Shown here piece after piece: positions 15,269 through 24,484 of a stretch of 32,000 nt of DNA (the first letter of the stretch is position 1; every line of letters starts with the position of its first letter). Below the pieces are notes generated by a model, which saw nothing but the letters and a program-made list of their open reading frames with translations, was not told the DNA's origin and ran no database searches. The translations under genes and the position numbers were made by a program. This DNA comes from an uncultured Hyphomonadaceae bacterium (GTDB lineage Bacteria; Pseudomonadota; Alphaproteobacteria; Caulobacterales; Hyphomonadaceae): assembly GCA_964412785.1 (NCBI GenBank), contig CAYPQD010000025.1:1-32000 (forward strand), given 5' to 3'.

Positions 15269-16468
15269 TCAGGCCGCCGCTGCTGTCCAGGCGCTCCAGG
15301 TTGCGGCGATGAAGCCGCCGCCAAGCACGCGGGTGCCATCGACCGGGTCATGGAGCACGCAGGCCTGGCCGCGCGCGACACCTTCTTCCGGCGCGTCGAA
15401 CTCCACCGCCGCGACGCCATCGCGCCAGCCGAGACGCGCCGCCACCGGCTCGCGGGTGGAGCGCACGCGCGCCAGCACCGGCGCGGCCGCGTCGCAGGCC
15501 GCCTCAAGGCTTCCGCCGCCGATCCAGTTCAATTCACCGAGCGTCAGCCCCGCCGTCAGCAACGCCTCGCGCGGGCCGACCACCACCTCGCGTGCGGCCG
15601 CGTCGATGCGCACCACATAGAGCGGGTCGCCCGTGGCCACGCCCAGGCCCCGGCGCTGGCCGACGGTGAAGTGAATGACGCCGTCATGGCGGCCGAGAAC
15701 CCGCCCGTCCAGGTGGACAATCTCGCCCGCCCGGCCCGAGCCCGGCCGCAACCGCTCCACCACGCGGGCATAGGAGCCCTCCGGCACAAAGCAGATGTCC
15801 TGGCTGTCCGGCTTGTCGGCAACCGTCAGGCCGAAATGCGCCGCCAGGCGACGCACATCCGCCTTTGGCAGTCCGCCCAGAGGGAAGCGCAGATAGTCAA
15901 GCTGCTCCGGCGTCGTCGCGAACAGGAAATAGGACTGGTCGCGCGAGGCGTCGGCGGCGCGGTGAAGCTCCGGCCCGCGCGGGCCGACCACGCGGCGGAT
16001 ATAATGTCCGGTCGCCATGCAGTCGGCGCCGAGATCGCGCGCGGTGGCCAGCAGGTCCGCAAACTTGACCGTCTGGTTGCACCGGATGCACGGGATCGGC
16101 GTTGCGCCCGCAAGATAGGTGTCGGCAAAATCCTCCATCACCTGCTCGCGAAAGCGCGATTCATAGTCCAGCACGTAATGCGGGATGCCGATTGCGTCGG
16201 CGACCCTGCGCGCGTCATGAATGTCCTGCCCGGCGCAGCAGGCGCCCGTCCTGCGGACCGCTTCGCCGTGATCATAAAGCTGCAGGGTGATGCCCACCAC
16301 GTCATAGCCCTGCGCCTTCAGCAGCGCGGCCACCACAGAGCTGTCGACGCCGCCGGACATGGCCGCGACCACGCGCGTCTGCGCCGGCGGCTTGGAGAAG
16401 CCCAGCGCATTGATGCCGTTCGTCATCGGGTCCGGCGCCACCAGCGAGACCGGTTCGAATTCGCTCAT
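15269..16468 (-). CDS. mnmA: tRNA 2-thiouridine(34) synthase MnmA
   Basis: 399 aa. PP-loop [19 protein letters not shown], then [39 protein letters not shown] and MATGHY. Confidence 0.9.
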   Translation of the reverse strand: MSEFEPVSLVAPDPMTNGINALGFSKPPAQTRVVAAMSGGVDSSVVAALLKAQGYDVVGITLQLYDHGEAVRRTGACCAGQDIHDARRVADAIGIPHYVLDYESRFREQVMEDFADTYLAGATPIPCIRCNQTVKFADLLATARDLGADCMATGHYIRRVVGPRGPELHRAADASRDQSYFLFATTPEQLDYLRFPLGGLPKADVRRLAAHFGLTVADKPDSQDICFVPEGSYARVVERLRPGSGRAGEIVHLDGRVLGRHDGVIHFTVGQRRGLGVATGDPLYVVRIDAAAREVVVGPREALLTAGLTLGELNWIGGGSLEAACDAAAPVLARVRSTREPVAARLGWRDGVAAVEFDAPEEGVARGQACVLHDPVDGTRVLGGGFIAATWSAWTAAAA

Positions 16469-16571
16469 ATCAACCCTCCACCGGGGTCAAGGCCCGGAGC
16501 AGTTGCCGCAGGTTCGCGATATAGGGCCGGCTGGGTCGCGTTTGGAGCCCGGCCCGCTGCCGGGCGTCGGC

Positions 16572-17408
16572 TCAGGCTGCCGAGCGGGCCGCCGCCGGTT
16601 CGGCGATCCAGCCGCCACGGACCTCGCGCGACGGACGCAGGATGCCCTCCGGAGCGCGGGCCGGCTCGCCCTCGCCGAACAGGATCACCCCGCCGGGGGC
16701 CAGCCGGTTGCTGAGGGTGCGCGCCACCTTGCCGGCCGCTTCGTCGGTCATGGTGCGCACCACATTGCGGCACAGGATAATGTCGGCCGCCGGCACGGCG
16801 TCCGCCGGCTCCAGCAGGTTGTGGACGGAAAATTGGACACGGTCACGCAGGCTTGTGCGCGCCTGCCAGTCGCCGCTGTCGATCCTGTCGAAATGGGCCA
16901 GCAGGTGGTGGATCGACAGGCCGCGCTGGACGGCGAAATGGTCGAACACGCCGGCCGCGCCGCGCACCGTCGCCTCGCGGCTGAGGTCGGTGGAGCAGAT
17001 CTCGAAGCCGGCCGGCAGGGCCTCGTCCGCCACCCGCCGGGCCAGCAGGATCGCCAGCGAATAGGCCTCGTGACCGGCCCCGCCGCCGGCGCACCAGATC
17101 CGGACAGGGCGACCCGGTGCACGGATCGCCGCCGCCGGTGCCAGCGTCCCGGCGATACGCTCCAGACCTGTCCGTCCACGGAAAAACGTCGCATCGGACG
17201 CAACCAATGCGGCCGCCACTTCCCGCTCGAACGACGGATTGGGACGCTCGTGCAGGCAGCGGGTCAGGTCCTCAAGGCTGGAAAAGCCCTCGCGCCGCAG
17301 GATTGGGGCAAGGCGCGCCTCGACCAGATAAGGCCTGGCCGTCGTCAGGACCTGCCCCGCATGGTGGCGCAGCAGGTCGGCAAGGGCGGTCAACGAGGCG
17401 TCCGTCAC
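16572..17408 (-). CDS. cheR: CheR-type protein-glutamate O-methyltransferase
   Basis: Lies in track ORF 16572..17522. I prefer GTG 17408 (GGAG 6 nt upstream), which avoids a 47-nt overlap with the upstream gene. CheR N-domain ends in ...SDATFFRGRTGLERI. The SAM-binding block is VRIWCAGGGAGHEAYSLAILL, followed by IILCRNVV. Confidence 0.75.
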   Translation of the reverse strand: MTDASLTALADLLRHHAGQVLTTARPYLVEARLAPILRREGFSSLEDLTRCLHERPNPSFEREVAAALVASDATFFRGRTGLERIAGTLAPAAAIRAPGRPVRIWCAGGGAGHEAYSLAILLARRVADEALPAGFEICSTDLSREATVRGAAGVFDHFAVQRGLSIHHLLAHFDRIDSGDWQARTSLRDRVQFSVHNLLEPADAVPAADIILCRNVVRTMTDEAAGKVARTLSNRLAPGGVILFGEGEPARAPEGILRPSREVRGGWIAEPAAARSAA

Positions 17409-17475
17409 GTGAGGCTCCAACAGGCGGCCGGCAGTTGCAACGTGGGAGCGTGGCGGCCCGTGCGTTAACAAACCC

Positions 17476-17841
17476 TCAAGCGAGGCCGACCTCGGCGAAC
17501 TTGCCGCGCACGATGTCCGCATCGAATGGCTTCATGATGAATTCATCCGCGCCCGAACGGAGTGCCTCGCCAATATGCTCCGGGTCGGACTCCGTTGAGC
17601 AGAAGATGACCTTCGGCTTCGTGCCATCGGGCTCCCGGCGCAGCGAGCGCAGGAAATCAAGGCCGTTCATGACCGGCATGTTCCAGTCCAGCAGCACCGC
17701 ATCCGGCATCGCCTCGCGGCAGAGCTTCAGCGCTTCGGCCCCGTCGCCCGCCTCGCTGACCTCAAAGGCCATGTCTGTGAGAATGCGGCAGGCAACCTTG
17801 CGCACCACACGCGAGTCATCGACGATCAGGCAGCGTTTCAT
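17476..17841 (-). CDS. CheY-like single-domain response regulator (121 aa)
   Basis: Start at ATG 17841 (MKRCLIVDDSRVVRK). All receiver residues are present: DD (aa 8-9), phospho-acceptor D in AVLLDWNMPVMNG, T in FCSTE, and K in FIMKPF. Confidence 0.85.
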   Translation of the reverse strand: MKRCLIVDDSRVVRKVACRILTDMAFEVSEAGDGAEALKLCREAMPDAVLLDWNMPVMNGLDFLRSLRREPDGTKPKVIFCSTESDPEHIGEALRSGADEFIMKPFDADIVRGKFAEVGLA

Positions 17842-17931
17842 GATATCGTCAGTCTCCGGCGACACAATCTCAGGTAGACCCATAGCCAGAAGCGGTTAAG
17901 CCTTTCCTTATCGGCTGGTGGCCTTGCGCGC

Positions 17932-18573
17932 TCAGCCGCCCGTCACCACGCCTGCCGCAATCAGGGTCACCTCATCGCTGCCCGTCCGCGTCTCGAAGCG
18001 CGCTCCCATCTTCTGCCCGATCAGCCAGGTGAACAAGGGCTGGATGGTCCGCGCCTGGAAGCCCTCCGGGTCGCTCTCGCCGCGCAGGCCGCAGGCGATG
18101 GAGTCCGGCAGGCGCGCCCGGTCGCCGCGCGCGATCACGGCCATCGACAACCCGTCTGCCTCCTCACGCAGCCGGATCGTCAGCGTCCCGCCGCGCGGAA
18201 TGCAGCCCATGCCCATCAGCGCCATGTTCATCATCAGCCGCGCATGGGCATAACTCACATGGGCGGTGCCGAGATCCCAGGCAACGCTCGGCTTGTGGGT
18301 TGCCACAAAGCGTTCGGTGATGCGTTTGGCCTCGTGGATGTCTGCTGCCCCATCGGTCATGCCCATCGAGCCGAAGGCATAGCGCAGGAACTCCACGCGT
18401 GCCGACGCGGACGCCGCGCCCTCGCGCAGCAGCGCACCAGCCTCCGCCCGGGTCTCCTCGCCATCCGGTCCATCAAGGAGGTCGATCGCGGAGACGATCG
18501 AGGAGATTGGCGAGACAAGGTCGTGGCACACCCTTGAGGCCACGAAACTGGCGAGAATGTCGGGATCGAGCAT
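17932..18573 (-). CDS. chpT: Histidine phosphotransferase ChpT
   Basis: FVASRVCHDLVSPISSIVSAIDLLDG matches the ChpT phospho-His helix (CHDxxSPxxAIxxxxDLL). At 213 aa it has an HK-like DHp plus degenerate CA architecture. Confidence 0.85.
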   Translation of the reverse strand: MLDPDILASFVASRVCHDLVSPISSIVSAIDLLDGPDGEETRAEAGALLREGAASASARVEFLRYAFGSMGMTDGAADIHEAKRITERFVATHKPSVAWDLGTAHVSYAHARLMMNMALMGMGCIPRGGTLTIRLREEADGLSMAVIARGDRARLPDSIACGLRGESDPEGFQARTIQPLFTWLIGQKMGARFETRTGSDEVTLIAAGVVTGG

Positions 18574-18642
18574 GACGGGTCCGGGTCCTTGAGCCTGTGC
18601 CCGTGCAGTCTACCCGATTCGAGGCGGCCGCCGGATCAAATC

Positions 18643-18903
18643 TCAGTCTTCGCCGGTGCGGGTGGGGTCATTGCCGCCGGTTTCGTCATGGCCATCGCGG
18701 GCTGACCGGAACAGCAGGAAGAAAAGGCCGCCGGACAGGGCAAGGCTCGCCATGCCGCCAACGCCGTAGGCAAGCCAGCCCCAGCCGGAAATCTCCACGC
18801 CGAGCCGGACCCACAGCCGGGTCACGAGATAGCCGGTCGCCAGCAGGGCCAGCCCGGCAAACAGGACAATCGGCAGCGCCTTCCGGACGGGCCCGACCGG
18901 CAC
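18643..18903 (-). CDS. Small two-TM membrane protein (86 aa), possible fourth gene of the ydbH operon
   Basis: The GTG start at 18903 overlaps the TAG stop of ydbL by 1 nt (taGTG). Two hydrophobic segments (LPIVLFAGLALLATGYLV, MASLALSGGLFFLLF) and an acidic C-tail. Confidence 0.5.
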   Translation of the reverse strand: MPVGPVRKALPIVLFAGLALLATGYLVTRLWVRLGVEISGWGWLAYGVGGMASLALSGGLFFLLFRSARDGHDETGGNDPTRTGED

Positions 18904-19250
18904 TATTTCCGTTTCCAGGCGCCGGTATCATCCATGTAGTACTCGCCAGGCTCGGCCTTCGCGATCTGCTTCTCGCCGGTGACAATGCCAACCGCTTCCA
19001 CCGTCGTGCCGGTGTCGGCCGCCAGTTTGTCGAACAGGCGGCGCCGGGCATTGTTGGTCTCCAGCACCTTGCGCTTGAGCGCCGCGTCATTGGTCTCGCG
19101 GACGAAGCCGAGGAAGCCGTCAATGCGCTCGCCAACAATGCCGCCATCCTTGGCGGCCTCGATCTGCGGGTCGCCGGCAGAGGCCGGTGCGGCGAAGGCG
19201 AGGGCGAGGGCGACCAGGGCGGCCGCGATGAGGGAGCGGATGGCAGTCAT
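18903..19250 (-). CDS. ydbL: YdbL-family periplasmic protein (DUF1318)
   Basis: Signal peptide MTAIRSLIAAALVALALAFAAPASA. AKDGGIVGERIDGFLGFV...NNARRRLFDKLAADTGTTVEAVGIVTGEKQI is the YdbL/DUF1318 pattern. Confidence 0.8.
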   Translation of the reverse strand: MTAIRSLIAAALVALALAFAAPASAGDPQIEAAKDGGIVGERIDGFLGFVRETNDAALKRKVLETNNARRRLFDKLAADTGTTVEAVGIVTGEKQIAKAEPGEYYMDDTGAWKRK

Positions 19251-19284
19251 GGCTTTGCAGGTCTCCTGACGGCAATGGTCCGGC

Positions 19285-19470
19285 CTAGAACAGGTCCGGA
19301 TTGTTGGAGATGAGGTCCTCGACTTCCTTGTCGAGGCGGACGCGGACTTCCTGGTCGATCTTCACATTGAGGTTGATGGTGATCGGCTCGGTCGGCGCCT
19401 GCACGCGCACCGTCGGCGTGCAGGCGGCCAGCGCCAGCGCCGGAATGCCGAGGAGAAGGGGGGATTTCAT
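19285..19470 (-). CDS. ynbE: YnbE-family small lipoprotein (61 aa)
   Basis: Start at ATG 19470. MKSPLLLGIPALALAAC has a lipobox. TPTVRVQAPTEPITINLNVKIDQEVRVRLDKEV is the YnbE pattern. Confidence 0.75.
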   Translation of the reverse strand: MKSPLLLGIPALALAACTPTVRVQAPTEPITINLNVKIDQEVRVRLDKEVEDLISNNPDLF

Positions 19471-19545
19471 CAAGGGGTCACTCCCGTCTGTTGCCCGCCA
19501 GGCTGGCAGGTCGCACCTGAACCGCAATTGAACACCTGCGCACAC

Positions 19546-22500
19546 TCAGCGCCCCGTCACCCCTTCTGTCACCACATCGGCCAGCCAGGAGGAGGACGCC
19601 ATCCTCTGGCCTGACTGTAGCAGCTGCGCGAGCTTGGAGTCGATTGCCACATTGAAGGCGAAGGGGGCGCCGTCGAGCACGTCGGGATTGCGCCCTTCGA
19701 GCTTGATCGACACCAGGATGTCGCCGGTCACATTGCCGTCCATGCCGATCTCCAGCACCGAGAACCGGAAATCCCGGAGCGCATCGAAGGCCATCTGAAC
19801 GGTTTCACTCGTCGCCCCCGCGCGTTCACCGACAGCGCCGGTATAGCTCAGCCTGCCGCCAGCGGTATCGGCCTTCAACCGCGCGTCGCTTATCCTCACT
19901 GCCGCGCCGTCGAAGACAATCGGGAAGCGGCCCGACACCGTCCCGGTCGCTTCGATGTCACGCGAGCCGAACGCCTCGGTCAGGCGGGCCAGGTCGATTG
20001 CCGTGGCGCTGACTGCCAGGGTGCGCGAGGGATCGGCGATCGTCCAGCGAACCGGGTCGACCGCCAGGCGCCCGCCCATGAATGGCCAGCTCGCCTCCTC
20101 CAGCCGCGCCTCGCGCCCGCCGAGCAGCTGGAATGCGACCCGCCCATTCTCCAGGGCGATGCCGGGATCGATCCGATCGATCGTCACCACCTGGTGGGGC
20201 GGCGTCGAAAGGTTCAGCAGGTCGTCGAACACCACACGGCCATTGACGCCTTCCACCCGGCTCACCGAAAGGGTCTGGAAACCGAAATCACGAGCCGACA
20301 CGGCCCCTTCGCCACTGACGGCGCCGCCGCCAAAGCGCAGCCGCGCCACCCCCTCGATCTCGCCCGCCGCATCGGTGAAATAGCCGCGCAGCCGGTCGGA
20401 GATGTCGCTCGGCTGCAGCCCGCCCGGCTGGAAGGCGATGAGCCGGCTCGTCATGGCCGCCTCGCCGGACAGGGTCGCGAGGTCGACCGCAAGGCTGGCA
20501 TCGGCGATCGCGGTGCCACGCCTGCGCAGCCGCACCGGGCCGCGCATCAGGATCTGCCCGTTCGCGAGGTTGGCCGACAGGCTTGCCGCCAGAGGCTCAT
20601 AGAGCGGGTCGGCGCGTGTGTCGGAAATCGTCACATCGGCAAGGGTCGCCCAGCCGGCCAGCCCGCCGGGGCCGGAAGACAGGGTCACGTCGAACAGGCC
20701 GGCGCTGACATTCGCAGGCACCAGCGCGCCGCCGAACGCGGTGGAACGCAGCCGCCCGCCAATCGTCAGCGCCGGCCCGTCAATGGCGATGTCGAGGGAG
20801 GGCGCCTCGCTGTCGATCAACAGGGTCCTGCCGGAGACAATCAGGGGCAGGGACAGGCGCGCCGCGTCCACGTCGAGGCGTATCCCGTCTCGCGCCGTCC
20901 ACGTCATGGCAATGTCGCTCAGGCGCAGCGTCCCGCTGGTGTCCTCGGTGCGGAAGGGAAGCGCCAGTTCATCAAAGGCGAGCGCGCCGGCAAGTGCGCC
21001 ATTGCGGCGCTGCAGCAGCCGCCCGCCATCCGGGCAGAGCGGCAGGCTGAGCGCGCCGAAACTCAGCCCCTCGAAGGCGATCCCGTCCGTTCGCAGGCCG
21101 AGGCAGTCCCGCGTCGTCGTCTGCACCCGCCAGCCCTCGACACCGCGGGCGGCCTCAAGGGCGCCGAACAGGGTCGTTTCGGCCAGGCGCGCGCCCTGCA
21201 TCCGGCCCGTCATCGACACCTCGCCGAGAAAGGCGAACCGGAGCGACTCGCCGGCCTGGCGCCATTCAAGCGCTTCCGCCCGGGTGCTTAGCGACAGGCC
21301 CGCCTCCGACCAGTCGGCGAGGCGGACATCGCGCGCGGAAATGTCGATCGCGCCGGCTTCGCCAAGGCCAAGAGCGAAGCGGTCGAGCCCGGCCTCCAGC
21401 CGCGGCAGGCCGCCGCCCTCGACCGCGATCTCCCCCGACAGCGTCAGCGCCTCAGGGGTAAGGCGCAGCCAGGGTTGGGCGTTGAAGGGGCTGATGCTGA
21501 GGGTCAGTCCCGAGGCGGCCTCCAGGACACTGGCCCGGCGGGCGGTGACTGCGAGCCCGCCCTCCCGCCAGGTGGCATCGAAGGCAAGGGCCAGATCAAA
21601 CGCCTGGGCTGCCTCACGCCCCGCCGCGACCAGCGCCGCGCCATGGGCGTCAAGCGGCTGCGGCAGCGCTAATCTGCCGGCGAGCGCCTCCGCCCGAGAT
21701 GGCGTGATCGCAGCGTCGTTCGCGGTGACGGCCCCGGTGAGCGACACGTCCCCCGCGCCCGCCGCGATCTCACCGCTGAGCCTGAACCCGCGCGCTGACC
21801 CTGCCTCGACCAGCGTGACCGGGCCCGCCTCAAGGCTCATCGGACCGGCAAGCAGCCCGCCGACGGCGCCGCGCCGCGCATCCAGTTTCAGCGCCGCCGC
21901 CTCCGCGCGCGCGGACGGGGTCTCGACCCGGTCGGCTTGCGCAGTCAGCGTGGTCGCAAGCACCGCCTCCAGCGCCGCCGCAGGGTCTGCGAGGTCGAAG
22001 CGGCGCAGGTCCGCCCGGCCCGCCGAGCGCAGGCCCGTGAACGACATGCCAGCGGCCTCCATTCGCTGCAGGCGAGCACTCCAGCTCAGCGCCTGCAGCC
22101 CCTCGCCGGTCTCCGCCAGCGTCCCCTCGATCTGCCCGGCGCTCAGCCGCAGCCCGTCGAACGCCGCCTCGCTGATATCCAGCGCAAGCCTGCCGGAGCG
22201 CGGCGACAGCCCGTCCAGTGCCACCTCCAGCGCCCCGCCCTGCAGCACCAGCCGGCCATCGTCGGTCGCCAGGTCGGCTGCGTCGAACCGCACCCCGATG
22301 CGCCCTTCCAGGTCCGGCGCGGCCATCGCATCGATCGCCGCCGAAACCGGCCCGGCAGGGGTTGCAAGCTCGAAACGACCCTCCTCGATGCGCACGGCCG
22401 GGACCATTCCGCCCGCCTGACCGCCATCGCCGGCCAGCATCTCAAGGCCATGGGCGGTGAGCCGTTCGCCATCATATGCGGCGCGGACTGTGAGACCGGA

Positions 22501-22824
22501 AAGGGTGAGCGCCTCAACCTGCGGTGTGACCCAGCCAGGCCAGGAGATCTGCGCGCTGATCCGATCCGCGGCGAGTGGCGTGCCGGTCCCGGTCGCCACC
22601 GTGAGGCCCTCAAGGGTAACCTGCGACAGGGTAAGTTCTGTCACCTTAACGCGGCATGACAGCGCCCGCTCCGCGCACCAGGTGGCAAGCGCCCGCTCCG
22701 CCAGCGGCACGCGGAACAGCCACGCTGCCCCGCCGGCGGCAACGCCCGCCATGACGACGGCGCCAACGCCCCAGGCGAGGCGTCGCGGCCACCGGGCCGG
22801 GCTGGGGGGCGGCGCGTCCGACAC
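19546..22824 (-). CDS. ydbH: YdbH-like AsmA-family large envelope protein (1092 aa)
   Basis: N-terminal anchor (AWGVGAVVMAGVAAGGAAWLF) followed by about 1000 aa of repetitive beta-rich Ala/Gly/Leu sequence. It sits immediately upstream of ynbE and ydbL, the same order as the E. coli ydbH-ynbE-ydbL operon. Confidence 0.75.
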   Translation of the reverse strand: MSDAPPPSPARWPRRLAWGVGAVVMAGVAAGGAAWLFRVPLAERALATWCAERALSCRVKVTELTLSQVTLEGLTVATGTGTPLAADRISAQISWPGWVTPQVEALTLSGLTVRAAYDGERLTAHGLEMLAGDGGQAGGMVPAVRIEEGRFELATPAGPVSAAIDAMAAPDLEGRIGVRFDAADLATDDGRLVLQGGALEVALDGLSPRSGRLALDISEAAFDGLRLSAGQIEGTLAETGEGLQALSWSARLQRMEAAGMSFTGLRSAGRADLRRFDLADPAAALEAVLATTLTAQADRVETPSARAEAAALKLDARRGAVGGLLAGPMSLEAGPVTLVEAGSARGFRLSGEIAAGAGDVSLTGAVTANDAAITPSRAEALAGRLALPQPLDAHGAALVAAGREAAQAFDLALAFDATWREGGLAVTARRASVLEAASGLTLSISPFNAQPWLRLTPEALTLSGEIAVEGGGLPRLEAGLDRFALGLGEAGAIDISARDVRLADWSEAGLSLSTRAEALEWRQAGESLRFAFLGEVSMTGRMQGARLAETTLFGALEAARGVEGWRVQTTTRDCLGLRTDGIAFEGLSFGALSLPLCPDGGRLLQRRNGALAGALAFDELALPFRTEDTSGTLRLSDIAMTWTARDGIRLDVDAARLSLPLIVSGRTLLIDSEAPSLDIAIDGPALTIGGRLRSTAFGGALVPANVSAGLFDVTLSSGPGGLAGWATLADVTISDTRADPLYEPLAASLSANLANGQILMRGPVRLRRRGTAIADASLAVDLATLSGEAAMTSRLIAFQPGGLQPSDISDRLRGYFTDAAGEIEGVARLRFGGGAVSGEGAVSARDFGFQTLSVSRVEGVNGRVVFDDLLNLSTPPHQVVTIDRIDPGIALENGRVAFQLLGGREARLEEASWPFMGGRLAVDPVRWTIADPSRTLAVSATAIDLARLTEAFGSRDIEATGTVSGRFPIVFDGAAVRISDARLKADTAGGRLSYTGAVGERAGATSETVQMAFDALRDFRFSVLEIGMDGNVTGDILVSIKLEGRNPDVLDGAPFAFNVAIDSKLAQLLQSGQRMASSSWLADVVTEGVTGR

Positions 22825-23030
22825 GGCGGCGCATACTCCTTCTGGTTCCGCCCGACCCGCATCCCTGGCCGGGGACTTGCATCGCGGCGCTCTGTCAGGC
22901 TGAAATGTATCGCAGCGCGGCGGTTGAAGTCAGGTCCCGTTTTGGGAATTTTAACAGCCGGACGCCACCTTGGCCGGGAGGGAGCGGGACTGGGGATCAG
23001 ACGCTGCGCAGATGCAGCCATGGAGGAGTG

Positions 23031-24425
23031 ATGCCCCAGCGCGTGCCGGCAAGGCGACCATCCTTTCTGACCCATGTGAGCGTCGCCGCGACGGGGCTCG
23101 CCGGCGCCCTCCTGCTGATGGGCCTCTGGCAGGCCGGCCAGGGCAGCAGCGACGCCGAGGCCGGCATCCCGCAGGCGCCCGTTACCGGGGCTTCCGCCAT
23201 TCGCCCCGCCGCTGCGCCCCTCGTGCATGCCGATTTCACCCATCCTGAGCGCGACCTTGTCCGCCGCAGCGCCATCCTCGCCCCGCGCGAGACCCTGGCG
23301 GAGATGCTCGACGCGCTCGGCGTGCCGGCGCGCGAGGCCTACGCCGCAATGCAGCCGGTCTATGAGCGCGGCTGGCTCGACCCGCGCAGGCTGCGTCCGG
23401 GCCTGTCCGCCTCGGTGACGCTGGAAGCCGGCCCGGAGGCGGGAGAGGATGGTGAGCCCGCCCTGCGCCTCGTCGGCCTGTCCCTGCGCGCCGACAAGGA
23501 TCGCTCGCTGCTGATCACCCGCACCGCAGCGGGCGGGTTCGAGCCCGTCCGCCTTGACGTGCGCCTCATGCCGCAGACCCGGCGCGTCACCGGAACGATC
23601 GAGACCAGCCTTTACGACGCCGCCCTGAAGGGCGGGGCCTTCGACCAGCAGGTTGTCGATTTCGCCCAGATCTTCGCCTACGACATCGATTTCCAGCGCG
23701 AGATCCATCCGGGCGATGCCTTCGAGATCCTCCATGAGGTGCTGGTTGACGAGCGCGGCCGCCCTGTGCGTACCGGCGAGGTGCTCTATGCCGCCCTTGA
23801 CGGCAAGGCGCTGAGCCGCGGCTTCTACCGGTTCACCCCGCCCGATGACGGCATCACAGACTATTTCGACGACACCGGCGAGAGCGCGACCAAGTTCCTG
23901 ATGAAGACGCCGATCAATGGTGCACGCCTGTCGTCCCGCTTCGGCATGCGCCGCCACCCGATCTCCGGCTACAGCCGCTTGCACAAGGGCACCGACTTTG
24001 CCGCGCCGACCGGCACGCCGGTCTTTGCGGCAGGCAATGGCGTGGTCGAGCGCGCCTCGCGCCATGGCGGTTATGGCAATTATGTCCGCATCCAGCACGC
24101 CAATGGCTATGAGACCGCCTATGCCCATCTCTCGCGTTACGGGCCGGGCATCCGCTCCGGACGGCGTGTGCGCCAGGGCGAGGTGATCGGCTATGTCGGC
24201 TCGACCGGCGCCTCGACCGGCCCGCATTTGCATTACGAAGTCCTCATTAATGGCAAGCACGTCAACGCCATGACGCTCAACCTTCCGACAGGGCGCCAGC
24301 TTGAAGGCGACACGCTTAAGGCCTTCAATGCCCACCGCGATCATGTCGATGCCCTGCGCCGCGGCGAGGCGACACTGGCACCGGTCCAGATGGCCGGCGA
24401 GACTGATGGCGGCCTGCTGCCCTAG
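23031..24425 (+). CDS. M23-family metallopeptidase (membrane-anchored)
   Basis: Start at ATG 23031 with GGAGG upstream. TM segment HVSVAATGLAGALLLMGLW. The catalytic motifs are intact: HKGTDFAAPTGTPVFAAGNG (HxxxD) and GSTGASTGPHLHYEV (HxH). Confidence 0.85.
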   Translation: MPQRVPARRPSFLTHVSVAATGLAGALLLMGLWQAGQGSSDAEAGIPQAPVTGASAIRPAAAPLVHADFTHPERDLVRRSAILAPRETLAEMLDALGVPAREAYAAMQPVYERGWLDPRRLRPGLSASVTLEAGPEAGEDGEPALRLVGLSLRADKDRSLLITRTAAGGFEPVRLDVRLMPQTRRVTGTIETSLYDAALKGGAFDQQVVDFAQIFAYDIDFQREIHPGDAFEILHEVLVDERGRPVRTGEVLYAALDGKALSRGFYRFTPPDDGITDYFDDTGESATKFLMKTPINGARLSSRFGMRRHPISGYSRLHKGTDFAAPTGTPVFAAGNGVVERASRHGGYGNYVRIQHANGYETAYAHLSRYGPGIRSGRRVRQGEVIGYVGSTGASTGPHLHYEVLINGKHVNAMTLNLPTGRQLEGDTLKAFNAHRDHVDALRRGEATLAPVQMAGETDGGLLP

Positions 24426-24484
24426 CGCCAGCCTCGCCGTGTCGCCGGCGATGACAATGTCGCGCGTGTGCGCTATCGGGCGCC

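Noticed and set aside
16449-16462. GGTTCGAAT, a tRNA T-arm-like motif
   Set aside because: It lies inside the mnmA coding region (the SEFEPV codons), and no acceptor or anticodon stems surround it.
15233-16714. 493-aa plus-strand ORF and 16359..17468 (369 aa) antisense to mnmA/cheR
   Set aside because: The minus-strand frames carry PP-loop and CheR SAM-binding motifs. The plus-strand frames have none.
17842-17931. TTAACC followed 7 nt later by GCTATGGG (minus strand) between chpT and the cheY-like gene as a promoter
   Set aside because: The spacing between the putative -35-like and -10-like elements is far too short for a sigma70-type promoter.
20194-22420. Plus-strand ORFs 20194..21291 and 20618..22420 (up to 600 aa) inside ydbH
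   Set aside because: These are Ser/Arg/Pro/Ala-rich antisense frames of the 1092-aa ydbH. They have no start context or motifs.
22940-22955. TTTT-N7-TTAAC upstream of the M23 peptidase, and TTAA-N7-TTGC at 8194-8208 just upstream of the motA ATG, as possible CtrA boxes
   Set aside because: Each has two mismatches in one half-site. The motA-proximal one lies only ~20 nt from the start codon, which is too close for a promoter element. The evidence is too weak to report as sites.
22641-24344. 567-aa minus-strand ORF antisense to the M23 peptidase
   Set aside because: The plus-strand frame has intact HxxxD and HxH M23 motifs and a good RBS. The minus-strand frame is a shadow ORF.
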